From Candidatus Bathyarchaeota archaeon (GTDB lineage Archaea > Thermoproteota > Bathyarchaeia > Bathyarchaeales > Bathycorpusculaceae): a stretch of DNA of 64,000 bases. Made by a program: the position numbers and the translations under genes. Below the pieces are notes generated by a model, which saw only the letters and a list, made by a program, of their open reading frames with translations, did no database searches and was not told the origin of the DNA. Within the stretch, counting starts at the first letter, position 1. Each line of letters begins with the position of its first letter. Of the stretch, positions 1-11,332 are shown one piece after another. The stretch lies in assembly GCA_963767735.1 (NCBI GenBank), contig CAVYES010000004.1, positions 192,001 to 256,000 on the forward strand. Direction: 5' to 3'.

Positions 1-240
1 ATCAAACACACACTAGCCATAATGGAAATCTTGCAAATAGCCAGTAACGAAGAAGAAATATTGGAGACCGCAACACAATTGAAAATCACTTTTTATGACG
101 CATCATACGCTTACTTTGCTAAAGCGAAAGAGCTACAACTAATAACCGAGGATTTACGCTTAATGAAAAAGCTAACACCCATTATCAAAGCCACACTGTT
201 AAACGAAATCGAGCAACAAAATGGAAAAAAGCCACCATAG
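1..240 (+). CDS. PIN-domain (VapC-like) protein, probably truncated at the window start
   Basis: 'ITFYDASY...LITED..L' matches the C-terminal half of PIN nucleases. Confidence 0.75.
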   Translation: MKHTLAIMEILQIASNEEEILETATQLKITFYDASYAYFAKAKELQLITEDLRLMKKLTPIIKATLLNEIEQQNGKKPP

Positions 241-372
241 TCCGCGCATTACAAGGTCTATTAAGAGCGCGGAGCGCTAACTTTTTACACATTGGCTATG
301 TGCAATCGATTCAAAATCCTTTGCGCGCGCACGTACGCCTTTTTATAGAAAAAAAAGGAGTTTTTAATGATG

Positions 373-609
373 TTATTTTTCTTCAACGACAATCATTGTA
401 AGTGTTGCCTTCACGTTGTCTAGCCGTCGAACGTGCCACGTTATTATTTCTTTTAACTTATCAATACTGTCTGCTTTGACTTTTGCCATTATGTCGTAGA
501 CTCCGTAAACACCTGATGCTTCTACAACCCCTTCCACATCTTTGAGTTCTTTCAAAACGTCAGATTCAGAACCTATCTTGGTATTTATTGAAACAAAGGC
601 TGTTGGCAT
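373..609 (-). CDS. Stand-alone Lrp/AsnC ligand-binding (RAM) domain protein
   Basis: 'AFVSIN...VYGVYDIMAKV...TLTMIV' AsnC C-terminal pattern, 78 aa. Confidence 0.85.
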   Translation of the reverse strand: MPTAFVSINTKIGSESDVLKELKDVEGVVEASGVYGVYDIMAKVKADSIDKLKEIITWHVRRLDNVKATLTMIVVEEK

Positions 610-1173
610 ATCAATCCAAGCCTCTAATAATTAATTAGCTAAGTGTGCATTAAAATGTTCTCCTTAATGGAATCACTAAGCACTCGTACCCTCAACCTCC
701 CCTTCTTGTGTCGCGCGTCGTGTTGCGTTGCCCGCGCGCTACAGGCAGCATTAAAGAAAGGTAAATTTGAACAAAGCTTCAAAATTTACTACACATGGTC
801 ACAGACTCTTAGGGAATACCAAAAAAACTCGGAGCAAGAGTACATAAAGGGCATCCTCTATTCAATGCTGGTCTTTCACGTTTCCTTGAAGGAACCAATA
901 TGATGCTTTTAGTTTTTTTCTGCTTGCTTATGTCGAAGACGTAATTTCAGCGTTGAAGGAGGGGGAATCAGATAAGACGCCTGCATTCAGAAACTTGTCA
1001 AGCTTAATAGGTGGATCAGCTCCTCTCAAAGCGCGCTGCCCTGTCCCTTTATTGCGGGCAGCGTTGCGATAGACACTTTTTCAAACTACTAAATATTATT
1101 ATACAACTTAGCTTTTACGTTAATATTGGGCTTTTCTTAACATAGAATGTGACGCGCGGGAGGTGAGAAGAGA

Positions 1174-1620
1174 ATGACAGAAGAGAAAATGATTCCCCAA
1201 AAACCCGTTCTTGAAGTCTTATGTGCAATTCAAGGCGCCTTAGGCGAAGAAAACCAGAAGGTATTTGCAAAAGCCAGTATGGCACTTGGAAAAACCTGGG
1301 GTAAATCTGTACCTCCAGCCAAAAACGTGGATGCTTTGATGAAGGAAATCGCAGACTACCTCCGCGACGACCTGAAGCTTGCCCAAAGCATTACTGTAGA
1401 AAAGCAAGGACAAGATTACATCGTGAAAAACCGCGGTTGCTACATATGCCACGGCAAACTCGTAAAAGAAAGATACGGTATCATGCCCGCCTGCGCCATG
1501 TCTATGTTCCCAGCGGGAGCACTCACGGAAAACCTTAAAATAAAAAATGTCCGACTGAAAGAAATTCGCAAACCAGGTCCAGTCGGCGACTGCGACTGGG
1601 TCTACGAAGTGGCAAGCTGA
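1174..1620 (+). CDS. V4R-like / output-domain protein
   Basis: GGAGGTGA SD upstream; Cys pattern GCYIC...PAC...GDC resembles the V4R fold. Confidence 0.55.
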   Translation: MTEEKMIPQKPVLEVLCAIQGALGEENQKVFAKASMALGKTWGKSVPPAKNVDALMKEIADYLRDDLKLAQSITVEKQGQDYIVKNRGCYICHGKLVKERYGIMPACAMSMFPAGALTENLKIKNVRLKEIRKPGPVGDCDWVYEVAS

Positions 1621-1822
1621 CCCTCAACCTTATTTTTTGGGAAGCACGCTGGTCCTTGATAAAGAGTCATTAAAATTTAATTCCAAACCTAAAGCGCGGT
1701 GCGCTACGAAGGTAGATTCTCATAGAATAGCGCGCTAAATACCATGAGCGGAGCTCGGCTCAACCCTTAGCTACCACGAAAATCATAAATTGATGCTATG
1801 ATTAAGATATTGCGTGATTTAG

Positions 1823-2272
1823 TTGTCACTTGAAGTTGTACCACATGTTGAGCTGGAAAAATATTTAGGCAAATGGTATGAGATAGCACACCTTCCTGCC
1901 AAATTCCAAGAAGGCTGCAACGAAACCACCGCCACTTACACGTTATCAAAGGATGGCAGCATATCCGTGCTCAACCAATGCACAAAAAATGGCAAGATGA
2001 AACAGGCAAAAGGCAAAGCAAAAGTACTTGATAAGAACTCTAACGCAAAACTCAAAGTAACGTTCTTCTGGCCATTCTATGGTGATTATTGGATTATAAA
2101 ATTGGGGAATAACTATGATTATGCCGTTGTAGGTACACCAAACCGCCAGTATCTTTGGATATTGAACAGAACCCCACAAATGGATGACAAGCTATACTCA
2201 CAATTAATAGAATACGTAAAGTCAAGAGGTTTCGATGTAAACAAGCTCATAAGAACTCTTCAAAAGGCATAA
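1823..2272 (+). CDS. blc: Lipocalin (Blc-like)
   Basis: 'KYLGKWYEIA', 'FFWPFYGDYWII', 'YAVVG...YLWIL.R' lipocalin motifs. Confidence 0.9.
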   Translation: MSLEVVPHVELEKYLGKWYEIAHLPAKFQEGCNETTATYTLSKDGSISVLNQCTKNGKMKQAKGKAKVLDKNSNAKLKVTFFWPFYGDYWIIKLGNNYDYAVVGTPNRQYLWILNRTPQMDDKLYSQLIEYVKSRGFDVNKLIRTLQKA

Positions 2273-2655
2273 AGCGCACACTGCTAAAAAAATCTAGAAT
2301 CCATTATTTTATTTGTTCAGCGCGCGATAGCCAGCAAAATCAACACTGATCCGCCCAGCGTGACGCGTTCACGCAAGAACGCACACAAAAAGATCAAGAA
2401 TGCAAAAACCGACTTGGAATGGAGCGCGCGCTTTGCTGGCTTGCTCATGAAAAAACGTACCTACCTCCTTACTTTTTTCATCTTGATGAATTGCTCCTCA
2501 TAACCGAAAGAGCATAATTAGAACTGTATTTGGAAACAGAATGGGTGATTCATAAGAAAAATAAACGTGGTTTGTCGTTAACTCAAATGTGACGTGCCGG
2601 GCGATATTGATGACTATAACTTTAAGCTTCATAGTGAGTGTTTGTGACTATGTAA

Positions 2656-2873
2656 ATGGCAACAGTGACAAAAGCTTGGATGAGATCACAGACAGAATAT
2701 TGTCTACGGTTCGGGCGTATGACCTGCAAGATTTTTTCGAGAAAATCGCGTTGTTCAGTTCTTCAAATAACCGCTATCAAGAACTTAAGGCGAACTGTGA
2801 AGCGCTGCAAGAAATCAAACATGGCAAAGTCATTAACGCAAAAGTAAATGCCTGTGCACGCGCTACAGCATAA
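2656..2873 (+). CDS. Small hypothetical protein, probably frameshifted near the start
   Basis: ATG at 2656 (MATVTK) joins the frame of ORF 2589..2873 (SLDEITDR...) if one A is added to the A-run near 2670. Confidence 0.35.
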
Positions 2874-2965
2874 AGTATCCGACGATCTCGATGCGAAGGA
2901 TGCTGCAGCGGCTTTCGAATAAGCCGAAAAAATGATGAAACTCTACGAAGTTCATAGTTAGCGCG

Positions 2966-3016
2966 CTGCCTTGTCCCGAAATTATTAATGTTTATTCTTG
3001 AGTTGGGGTGTTTCAT
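2966..3016 (+). mobile_element. Solo IS end, same family as IS 6897-7998
   Basis: CTGCCTTGTCCCGAAATTATTAATGTTTATTCTTGAGTTGGGG closely matches the reverse complement of 7953-7998; preceded by GCGCG. Confidence 0.7.
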
Positions 3017-3048
3017 TGCTGATTAAGGCTGCTGCCAATTGGAGCTCC

Positions 3049-3779
3049 TCATTTCCATTTTGTGAGTATTTCTTCTCGTCTGAATGTGCGTTTGCTTACG
3101 AAAAATAGAGCCACATCAAAAATCAGCACACCACCGGCGAAGATCAGAAGGTTACCGATGCTAAAGGTAATTACTCCTTCTACTCCTGCAACGAAGACAG
3201 CCATGAACGGAATAAACATGAGGCCCGCAATCTGGTTTGCACCACGCACATCGGTCACGCGGGATGAAGCAAGCACGCCTGTTTCGATGCTAAAAACGGC
3301 TGCCAGAGGCGCGAGGATTAAGAGCATAACTCCCGCGTTCCAATTAGGGAAATAATAGTAGCCTAGCCCCGCATGTAACAGTATGTAGTCCGATGCTGCC
3401 ATGAAGGTTGATGCTCCAGCCCACATTGAGAGCATAGGCGGCAAGAACGCTGCGAGGCTTTTTCCTAGGAGAATTTCGCCGTCAGTGGTCGGGGTAGCGA
3501 GAAGGGGCTCCAATGTCTTCTCGAGCTTTTCGCCCACTATACTGTAGCCTGCAATCGTACTGGGGAGAACAGCCGCTAAAACAACGAAGAAGTAAATGAG
3601 TGATTCGGCACTAGTTGAAGATTACTAGGGATTCCAGAGGCTACGTCGTTTCTTATTTCGAGTGACCAAGCAACCGCTAGAAGAAATGGAAGCGCGACGG
3701 TATAGAACATTATACTTTTTTTTCTGCTTATCACCTTTAACTCTTTGCGCGCTATCTTCCACGGCAACCATGTGCTCAT
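3049..3779 (-). pseudogene. ABC-2 type permease, frameshifted
   Basis: Two ORF pieces: 'KIARKELKVI' N-terminus and 'GEK...LEPLLATP...GK' core; overlaps the ATPase stop (ATGA). Confidence 0.75.
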
Positions 3780-4357
3780 TGTTTATCCTCCATTACTAAT
3801 TTTAGGTAAGCGTCTTCTAGCGAACTACTGATCACGGAGACGGTCTCGATTCGCCCTCCCGCAGCGACTATTGCGTTTACTATGTCAGGATTCTCTTCCT
3901 CGGGATTCAAGACGTCGACTGTCAGCTTGTTACCATCCCTAACCAAGTTCTTGACCTGTAATTTCTTCAGCGAATTCAGGACTACTTCGCTTGCCTGTCT
4001 CAGTTGAATTACCGTCTTCCTTCCCTGGATAGGGCGTTCAAGTTCTTCAGGGGTACCTACTGCCATTAGACGAGTATTCAATATGCCAATCTTATCGCAG
4101 GTCCTTTGCGCCTCATCGAGGTTGTGTGTATTGAGGAAGATGGTTTTTTTCTCCTTCTTTAACTCGAGGATGAATTCCCTCACGGCCTTTGCAGCCTTGG
4201 GATCCAAGTTTGCGGTTGGCTCAGGTCGTGGTCTTTCCCGCTCCGTTTGGTCCGAGGAAACCGAAGACTTCTCCCTTTTCCACGCGAAGAGTTAGATTGT
4301 CAACAGCAGTCAGGTCGCCGAACTTTCTTGTAAGGTTCTTAGTTTCGATCGTGCCAA
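3776..4357 (-). pseudogene. ABC transporter ATP-binding protein with a large internal deletion
   Basis: Walker [11 protein letters not shown] is joined out of frame directly to 'EPTANLDP'; the signature motif and Walker B are missing. Confidence 0.85.
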
Positions 4358-4511
4358 GCCGCCTCTCAATGCGTTTTAAATTAAGAAGTGAAATTGGATA
4401 TAAAAGTGCCTGCGCCTGAGGTAAAGGTCTTCCAGAAACTGGCGGGCATAGAGTGGATAAGTTTGAATTTATTCGCGCGCTATCACAAACATATAAGAAT
4501 GCCGCGCGTGG

Positions 4512-4772
4512 CTAAACCGCTGCCGCCCAGCTTTTCGTCCCTTTCGGGAACTTTGGTTTGCTGTTTACGACGCCCGACCGTTTGAGGTTTACAGCGTTTT
4601 CGCCTGTAACTATCAGAACCTGCTCTGCCAAGAACCCCGTCAACGAGTCAAGCGCTGAGCCATCACTTTCTTTCTTATGTTCAGCCACATGATTTTTTAT
4701 GGCTCGGTTCATGGCTTTCAAATCGGGCACCACCAAAATTTCAGAGCCGCATACACATCTGATAGTAGACAT
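4512..4772 (-). CDS. Small hypothetical protein (CxC...H motif)
   Basis: Likely start MSTIRCVCGSEILVVPDLKAM...H inside ORF 4512..4985. Confidence 0.55.
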   Translation of the reverse strand: MSTIRCVCGSEILVVPDLKAMNRAIKNHVAEHKKESDGSALDSLTGFLAEQVLIVTGENAVNLKRSGVVNSKPKFPKGTKSWAAAV

Positions 4773-5081
4773 ATTTTTCGTATGAGCAGCGAATTTGCCG
4801 CTGCGGTCTTGGTCAGAAGTGAAGTTAATTTCTTGGATCCTTTTTCTTGTCGTTCCTCTCACTCTTAAATTGACCACTTTTTGATCTATACCAAAGCAAA
4901 TTGTTTGTTCTATTCTGCAAAGCATATAAAAACTTGTGGTAGGCTTGGCACAATCACAATCACGGAAACAGCATGCGAAGCTCATGCTGTTTCAGGAAGC
5001 GAGCAGTAAAGCAGAAATTAAGAAAGGCCTGTCGTGAAAAGGGCGGGATAGGGAATTATCCAAACAATTTATTTTATAGCT

Positions 5082-5375
5082 TTAGAACGGATAGGGCGCT
5101 TTTTTTCCTGTTTCTTCAACTATGGGAAGCCCTTCTCTGAGCTCTCTGAAATACTTGAGCACTGTAACGCCGCGTTGCGTGATCGCATAGACCAATCTTT
5201 CCTTTCTAATGATTTTCTCTTCAACCAGCCCCTGCTTAGTCAAGAAGTCAAGATACCCCTTCAGCACGCTGCAGTTAACGTTAGCCTTGTACATGACGCG
5301 CGTCAGCTTCGAAGGACCCCAGTGAACCAAGACCTTCAGAATATCCACATGCATTTCCAGTTTAGATCTTCTCAT
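5082..5375 (-). CDS. Winged-HTH transcriptional regulator
   Basis: 'RRSKLE...DIL...T.VMYKANVN...YLDFL...Y.IT.RG'; paralogue at 63767. Confidence 0.85.
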   Translation of the reverse strand: MRRSKLEMHVDILKVLVHWGPSKLTRVMYKANVNCSVLKGYLDFLTKQGLVEEKIIRKERLVYAITQRGVTVLKYFRELREGLPIVEETGKKAPYPF

Positions 5376-5803
5376 ACATTATCTTTTTTTTGGCGCACTT
5401 CTATTAGCAACGCTCTAATATTTCTGGTGTTAGCGCGCCCTTCTCCATGCACTATATTAGTGATACAACACTTATAGGTATAATGAATTAATTCACGAAT
5501 ATTATGAAATAAATGTGTATTATTTGATAATAATATTTAAAAAAGCAGTTTTCAAATGCAAAAGTGATATTGTCAAATTCGGCGAACAAAGCGTTGGGAG
5601 AAGATGGAAAACAGCCTTCTTGGGCGAAGATCTTGAAGATCGACCAACACCAGAAGCAAAGGCCTGTCGCCGTTTGGAGGGGATAGAGAGTGAACTATTA
5701 TTATTTTTATATTATTTTTTATATGTTCTGATGATTAGCTTAAACCAGAAAGACCTCTCTTTCCCTCTGTGGGGGTAAGTTTTTGGAAGGCCTTAGCAAC
5801 GGT

Positions 5804-6112
5804 TTAGCGCATGTGAATGTTCTTAAATGCGTGTTTGTGGGATTTGAGCACAACGGAGATTATGGTGCTTTGGACGCCTTTGATCTTCATGATTTTCTTG
5901 TGCAAGACGTTGCGGAACTCTTCCACGCTCGAAGCCGAAACTATGGAAACAATGTCAAATTCGCCGGCCACATCGTAAATCTCCTCTATGTTTTCAACCT
6001 TTTCGAGGGCATCTATAACTTGTGCCTTTTGGGACGGATCAACAAAAATGTTGACTGAGGCTTCGAACCGATCGTGAATATTACTGGACTCCATATTGGT
6101 CATTAAAAACAA
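5804..6112 (-). CDS. Lrp/AsnC ligand-binding domain protein
   Basis: 'IYDVAGEFDIV...IKGV.ST' motif. Confidence 0.8.
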   Translation of the reverse strand: MFLMTNMESSNIHDRFEASVNIFVDPSQKAQVIDALEKVENIEEIYDVAGEFDIVSIVSASSVEEFRNVLHKKIMKIKGVQSTIISVVLKSHKHAFKNIHMR

Positions 6113-6371
6113 TTAAGCAGGTCGGGCGGCTTTTAGGCATTTTTGAGAATGAAAATGCACTAATTTGAGAAGCAGAGCGGGCTAAAGGCCTTTCGCGAAT
6201 TGGGCGTCGCGAGCTGAGGTCGGATGCCTTAGTAGTCTGGATTTTTTCGGAAACATCAATTTTACGACTTCTCAACCGTGGCTGAGCTCTTTCCTTAGGA
6301 GCAATTAAGAGAACTTGTAAAGTTGGAAAATCAACCCTTTCGAAGTTTTTTTAAGTTTAACACGCGCGCCC

Positions 6372-6722
6372 TTATAGCCGGCGCGTACGCGGCCACCAAG
6401 TTGCGGATTCCTCGTGTTTGCTCTTTGGCGCTTCATAAATGATGATCTTGACTGCTTCCTTTGGAACTCCTAAACCTTCAAAAACCCTAGTTATCCCTTC
6501 AACTGTTTTCTTTTTATTCTCGGGGCTAATGTCCTCCCGAACATGAACTATTATGATTTCATTTGATAACTCGTGCGCACTTTTTGGCACTTCATAAATG
6601 ACGATCTTGACTGCTTCCTTTGGAACCCTTAAATCTTCAAAAACCCTAGTTATCCCTTCAACTGTTTTCTTCTTGTTCTCAGGGCTAATGTCCTCCCGAA
6701 CAGAAACTTGGACTTCTATCAT
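6372..6722 (-). CDS. Tandem 4-oxalocrotonate tautomerase-like protein
   Basis: Two 53-aa repeats 'VREDISPENKKKTVEGITRVFE.L.VPKEAVKI.IYE.PK'. Confidence 0.7.
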   Translation of the reverse strand: MIEVQVSVREDISPENKKKTVEGITRVFEDLRVPKEAVKIVIYEVPKSAHELSNEIIIVHVREDISPENKKKTVEGITRVFEGLGVPKEAVKIIIYEAPKSKHEESATWWPRTRRL

Positions 6723-6873
6723 TCCATTTTTGCCTCAAATAGCACTTTTGCTCTTTCACCTAATTAATATGTCCAATCTCCTGAATGCATTTTCAGCGTT
6801 AAGGCTGAACAGGTCAGAAAAAGCCAGATTCCTTACTATGCTAGCAAGACAAAAAGGAAATATACAAAGAAAG

Positions 6874-6891
6874 CGATTTAGCAACGAACTG
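6874..6891. mobile_element. Solo terminal inverted repeat of the IS family at 59895-61431
   Basis: CGATTTAGCAACGAACTG is 17/18 identical to the reverse complement of 59895-59912. Confidence 0.65.
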
Positions 6892-6896
6892 ACGCG

Positions 6897-7998
6897 CTGC
6901 CTTGTCCCGATATTACGTGTTGAAGTATGTTGGTGAGACTGCTTTATCGTATCTTCCGAAGTTTTCTGCCGCCTCTCGGTTCAGAACTAAGCATAGAATG
7001 CTAAAGAGCGCATATGAAGCTACGTTGCCTAAGCCTCTTACTTTATTGACGGTTAGGCTGTACTGTGTCTTTAGGAAGCTGTAGACTGCCTCTACATGAG
7101 GTCTTTTGTGGTACTCCTTCTTCTGTTCTTCCGGTCCATAGGCTCGAAACTTCTTGTCCACTCTCAGCAAGCCCTTAACGTCCCGTTTCTGGTTTGAACG
7201 ATACGGTATCACCGCAGCGTCGACAGCGTCTCTGAGTTTGCCGTCGCTGTACTGGCTGTCAGCTATCACACTTCTCAATTTAGCCTCAGACTGCTTGAGA
7301 ATCAGCTTGGTCTTCTCCAGCAGGTTCAATGAGTGTTTCTGCTCGTTCTGATTAGCCGAAGCAAAAATGCAGGCTAAAGGAAGCATAGTCGCAGAATCGA
7401 TAGCTAAGTGCAGCTTGTAGCCGAGTCCGAATGATCTGCCTGCGCGTCCGACTCTGGCTTCCTTGTCTGAATAGCCGGTCTGGTTGTCCAGTGGATCACG
7501 TGTACTCCACGCATCTATAAAGGAAGCATCAAAAATGGAATCAACGTCTCTTGCACTGCTGTGTTTCGAGAGCTTAACAACTTTCTCGTCTATTATGTTA
7601 ATGAGGCGGATTTCTCCGACTTTGCGGATGAACCTGCTGAGAACGCTTCGTGGGTAACCTTTTTCGGCTGGTTTGATGAGGCACAATCGTCTAAGCCTTG
7701 GGTCTGCGTCGAGTAGTCTGGTCATTTCTCTTAGGCTGCGAACGCCCTTCATGCGCATAACGATGAAGGTTCTGAAAAGTCCCATTGGGTTTCTGGGGGG
7801 TCTTCCTGGACCATCGGAATGGAAGCAGTCGAGTAAGGCTGCTTTAGCAAAACTTAAGTCTACGTTTCTGAAGAGGGTTTCTAGGGTCTCGTGTTCATCT
7901 TGTCCCGCTTGGGGTCACCTCCTAAGCTTGGACGTAACTCATTTGAAACGAGGCCCCAACTCAAAAATAAACGTTTACTTAATTAAGGGACAAGCCAG
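6897..7998 (-). mobile_element. IS element (DDE transposase, IS5/IS4-superfamily-like)
   Basis: Imperfect TIRs CTGCCTTGTCCCGATATTA / reverse complement CTGGCTTGTCCCTTAATTA; CGCG on both flanks (6893-6896, 7999-8002). Confidence 0.85.
6913..7912 (-). CDS. DDE transposase (start region possibly frameshifted)
   Basis: 'FDAS..','GYKLH','IADSQY','R..VE...S.LK' motifs; frame stays open upstream of 7785 through 'GPGRPPRNP'. Confidence 0.9.
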
Positions 7999-8164
7999 CG
8001 CGTGTGCGTTTTGAAGAAATCGTGCTTGTTGTAGCAAAACACAATCACAAACCGATAAATTAATTGTTTGATCAACTTTTAGATAAAAGGCAAAAAACTG
8101 ATGCAACTGATAAGAAAAGGTTGATATCTTCAAAATTTGTCTCTATTATCTCGAGGCGATAATT

Positions 8165-8830
8165 TTGTTATTTTTCTTAGCTTCTGTTTTCCTTTTCAAA
8201 GAAGAGGCAGTGAAAATCGGACCGATATTGGCATTAGCGCTTTCTCAAACGGCTGATGTGTTGGATCTTTCGGGTTTAATTCAGGTCCTCAGCGCCATAA
8301 GTTCCATTGCTGTAATCCTTGGAGTCGTTTTCATTATAGTGCAGCTTCGTCAGAACGCGAAGTTAATTGACTTAAATGCGAAGTTAACGGAGGCTACTTT
8401 TCGGGATGTAAAATCCAACATCTCCTTTGAAATACTTGAGAAATTGAGTGATGAATCATTCGCTAGGCGCAGAAGCTTCATGTGGCATACGGTGAAGAAG
8501 TATCAAGCGTCTAATTGGGAAGGCTTCGATGATAGCTCGGACGACTTTGAGATACGAAACTTCGCATACATGTACGACCTTTACGGTCAACTGACAAAGG
8601 AGGGCTTATTAGATCTCGAGATAATGGCTAAAACATTCAAGTACCTTGTGGCGTTAGACTGGGAAGCGTTCGAGCCTGTTTCAAATCACATCATGAAGCG
8701 TTATAACCTCACGCAAAATGAGATTTTCTCAGATTTTGAGTGGCTTGCTAAAGAAACCGAGAAAATCTTGAAGCAAAAAGGAAGCCAAGTCCCGAAAATT
8801 ACGCATCCAGGACGCGAACACGAAGGTTAA
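8165..8830 (+). CDS. Membrane-anchored hypothetical protein (DUF4760-like)
   Basis: Single TM helix ending 'IIVQLRQ', then helical domain '..YD.YG.L.K.GLLD'. Confidence 0.55.
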   Translation: MLFFLASVFLFKEEAVKIGPILALALSQTADVLDLSGLIQVLSAISSIAVILGVVFIIVQLRQNAKLIDLNAKLTEATFRDVKSNISFEILEKLSDESFARRRSFMWHTVKKYQASNWEGFDDSSDDFEIRNFAYMYDLYGQLTKEGLLDLEIMAKTFKYLVALDWEAFEPVSNHIMKRYNLTQNEIFSDFEWLAKETEKILKQKGSQVPKITHPGREHEG

Positions 8831-9639
8831 GCATTGTTACAACTTGCTAGTTGTCAATAAGAAAAGCAATTTACTATTAATGTTGATAGAGCACGTAAAG
8901 TGGAGTCGGCAGAGTCTTTCCAAGTGTGCCTTCGCTCAAGAAAAAAAGCTTTGAACCCGTTTGGGTATGGGGACGGGCAGCCCCATTAAAGGTTCCGAAC
9001 CGTTTCGGGTTCAAGTATCTGCGAGAGCAACACAACCGCAACAAATTTTAGGTTCATATCTTGCCGCAGATAGATGCCTTGCTGCAAAGACTGCTGTTTT
9101 CGGTTGTCGTTCGATGGATGGATAACGACCGTCTTAAAGCGACTTTCGAGTTGGTTCTCAGAAAGGCGGCTCTACGAAAAGTAAACTTGCGCTTAGTGGA
9201 AATTGAACTTGAGGGTTCAATTTTATCGTTTTTTTCCTGCGGAAGAAGGCTGGATTGGGCTTGAAACTGGAAATCGGGTTAAAAACCGCTTGATCTCCTT
9301 AGAAGTTGTGAACCTTTTACATGGAAAACAGAGGCTAGTTTGAACTTTTCGCATGTTGAGAGAGCACGATTTTGACGTGATTTTGTAGGGTTTGAGTGGC
9401 TCCTGAAGTGGTGGTCGTTGTGGGAAGAAACCATACGTCGACGATTCATTTATGAGGTAAGGGCGGTTCGTTGCCGAACGGTTTCCGCCAGTTCCTCTTG
9501 GTTTTTTTCGGGCCGCTTTGGCATATTGTGAACAGGGACAGGTACGTTTTGGTTTCAGGGTAGGGTTTGCACGCTCTGCCGTGCTCGCGGCACCATAGTA
9601 TCAGACTTATCGTAAGTTTTTTTATACGAAACTAGGCAG

Positions 9640-9863
9640 CGAGCTTCTAAGTTGAGGCAATCTACAAAAGCGTCAATGAACCGTACCGGGTTTTCCTTGT
9701 TGACGTAATCATCAAGTATGTTTGGGAAGAGAACTGACTGATTTCTGTAATGGCCTGTTATGTGTTCGCCATTACTTTTCAGTTCTTTCTGTTGCTCTAA
9801 AGCTAGTCTAGATTTAAGGTTGACGGTAAATAGCCACAAAGAAGGAGACTTTTCACACAGGCT
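9640..9863 (-). mobile_element. IS1182-family remnant
   Basis: 'HI.G..RNQ..LFP..LDDYV...NPVRFIDAFVD.L.L' transposase N-terminus plus an end GAGCCTGTGTGAAAAGTC. Confidence 0.7.
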
Positions 9864-9964
9864 CAGATGGGTTCGGAACCAAAACTAAAAATGTCGAGAT
9901 TCGACTGGCGCCTGGAGGGGGATCCCAGCCCCATTTTACCAGTAAAAATAAATTGAGTGCAAGT

Positions 9965-9984
9965 CCGGTGGGATTTTGAGCCCA
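9965..9984 (-). repeat. Degenerate copy of the tRNA-Arg 3' end (possible old att site)
   Basis: CCGGTGGGATTTTGAGCCCA versus CCGGTGGGATTT-GAACCCA at 14554-14572. Confidence 0.45.
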
Positions 9985-10152
9985 AAAGGGGACGGGACCA
10001 TAACTTTAAAATCACCAATTTCTGAGAAACTTTGGAAAAACAATCCACAGCAGACATTTCTATATCAAAAGTGAGCTGGGCGCGAGTCGACCTGAGGGAA
10101 TCAGAGTTAGATATGTTTATGACTGATAGCGGCTCAGTACTGTTCCTGACAG

Positions 10153-10368
10153 ATGACCAGAGGAATTTTAATAATAGAAAAACGTAAAGGCATAACAACT
10201 GATGAACGACGGGCTAAAGCTTTAGCTCTTGAATTTTTAAAATCATTCCCAAATTATACAGTTAATTTATTTGAACAAAGATGGACTGAATTTTTGGGCG
10301 AAAAGGTACGATATGGCAACCCAAAAGATATAGCCGATGAATTCCTTAAAAAATATGGAGAGATTTAA
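10153..10368 (+). CDS. Small hypothetical protein
   Basis: 71-aa ORF with natural composition in an AT-rich tract. Confidence 0.45.
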   Translation: MTRGILIIEKRKGITTDERRAKALALEFLKSFPNYTVNLFEQRWTEFLGEKVRYGNPKDIADEFLKKYGEI

Positions 10369-10795
10369 AATGAACAACCAAACAAACCCAAAAAACAGGA
10401 TAAAGTTATTTTGTTATAGTGAATTTTCTTCCACATCTATCGCAAGTGTAAGTTTCAATTGTGAAAAAGGTATTCTGTAATTTAGCTTGAGGTTTTGAAA
10501 CTTCATTCTGGCAGTTGGGGCATTCAGCCACTTGATTTACAACCTTACCTTAAATCTTGCTACTTGACAATATTAGCATTTGTTGTCGCATGTTGCAACA
10601 GTTTTCTGTGCACTGTTTCCAGCTTGACCAGACCACTGTAGCGACTTAATGCACTCTCAATATAGCCAAGTTTCCAAGTTTCTACCCATTGAATTAGGCA
10701 CTTGCAGAAAGTAATTATCATGTGCATATTCAAAATTTGAGAGGCAAAAACTTAACAGAAACCAAAAGAACTAATCATTTCAAAGGCTAAAAAAA

Positions 10796-11026
10796 ATGGT
10801 AAAACTGGATTCTGAGGGTAATATTTTAGTTGGAAATGAAAAAATTCACTATAAATGGTATCGCAGTGGACGCCGAGTTACAAGTGATCGTTTAACAGTA
10901 AGTTATCACTATTGCATAGAAACAACATATAATAGAGAATTAATTTCAATAGATGATTACGGCAACGGCTTAGAATATGCGAAAAAGTTGCTAGAAAACG
11001 AAATTTTAAAAAGACAAAAAGTTTAA
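10796..11026 (+). CDS. Small hypothetical protein
   Basis: 76-aa ATG ORF with upstream TATA-like AAACTTAA. Confidence 0.45.
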   Translation: MVKLDSEGNILVGNEKIHYKWYRSGRRVTSDRLTVSYHYCIETTYNRELISIDDYGNGLEYAKKLLENEILKRQKV

Positions 11027-11332
11027 AAAGTATCCGTCGTTCACTAAATTAGCTATTTCTTAATAGCCGGTCGAAGTAAATTGAGTAAGCAAAATGAAGA
11101 AAACAAAATTAAACCTAATGAAGAAAATAAACCTAAACCTAAAAACGCCTATGTTAAAAGTAATCGCCATAATCGTAAATTTCATAGGCGATAGAGCCAG
11201 AGTAATTGAGTAGTTATGGTGATATATTAGATACATTAGAAATTTGATAGTTTGGCTAAAAGCGAATTGAAAAATTACGTTGATAATTTGTATTTGCCAA
11301 GCGGATCGATTCTTTAATTCCTCTATTGATTG

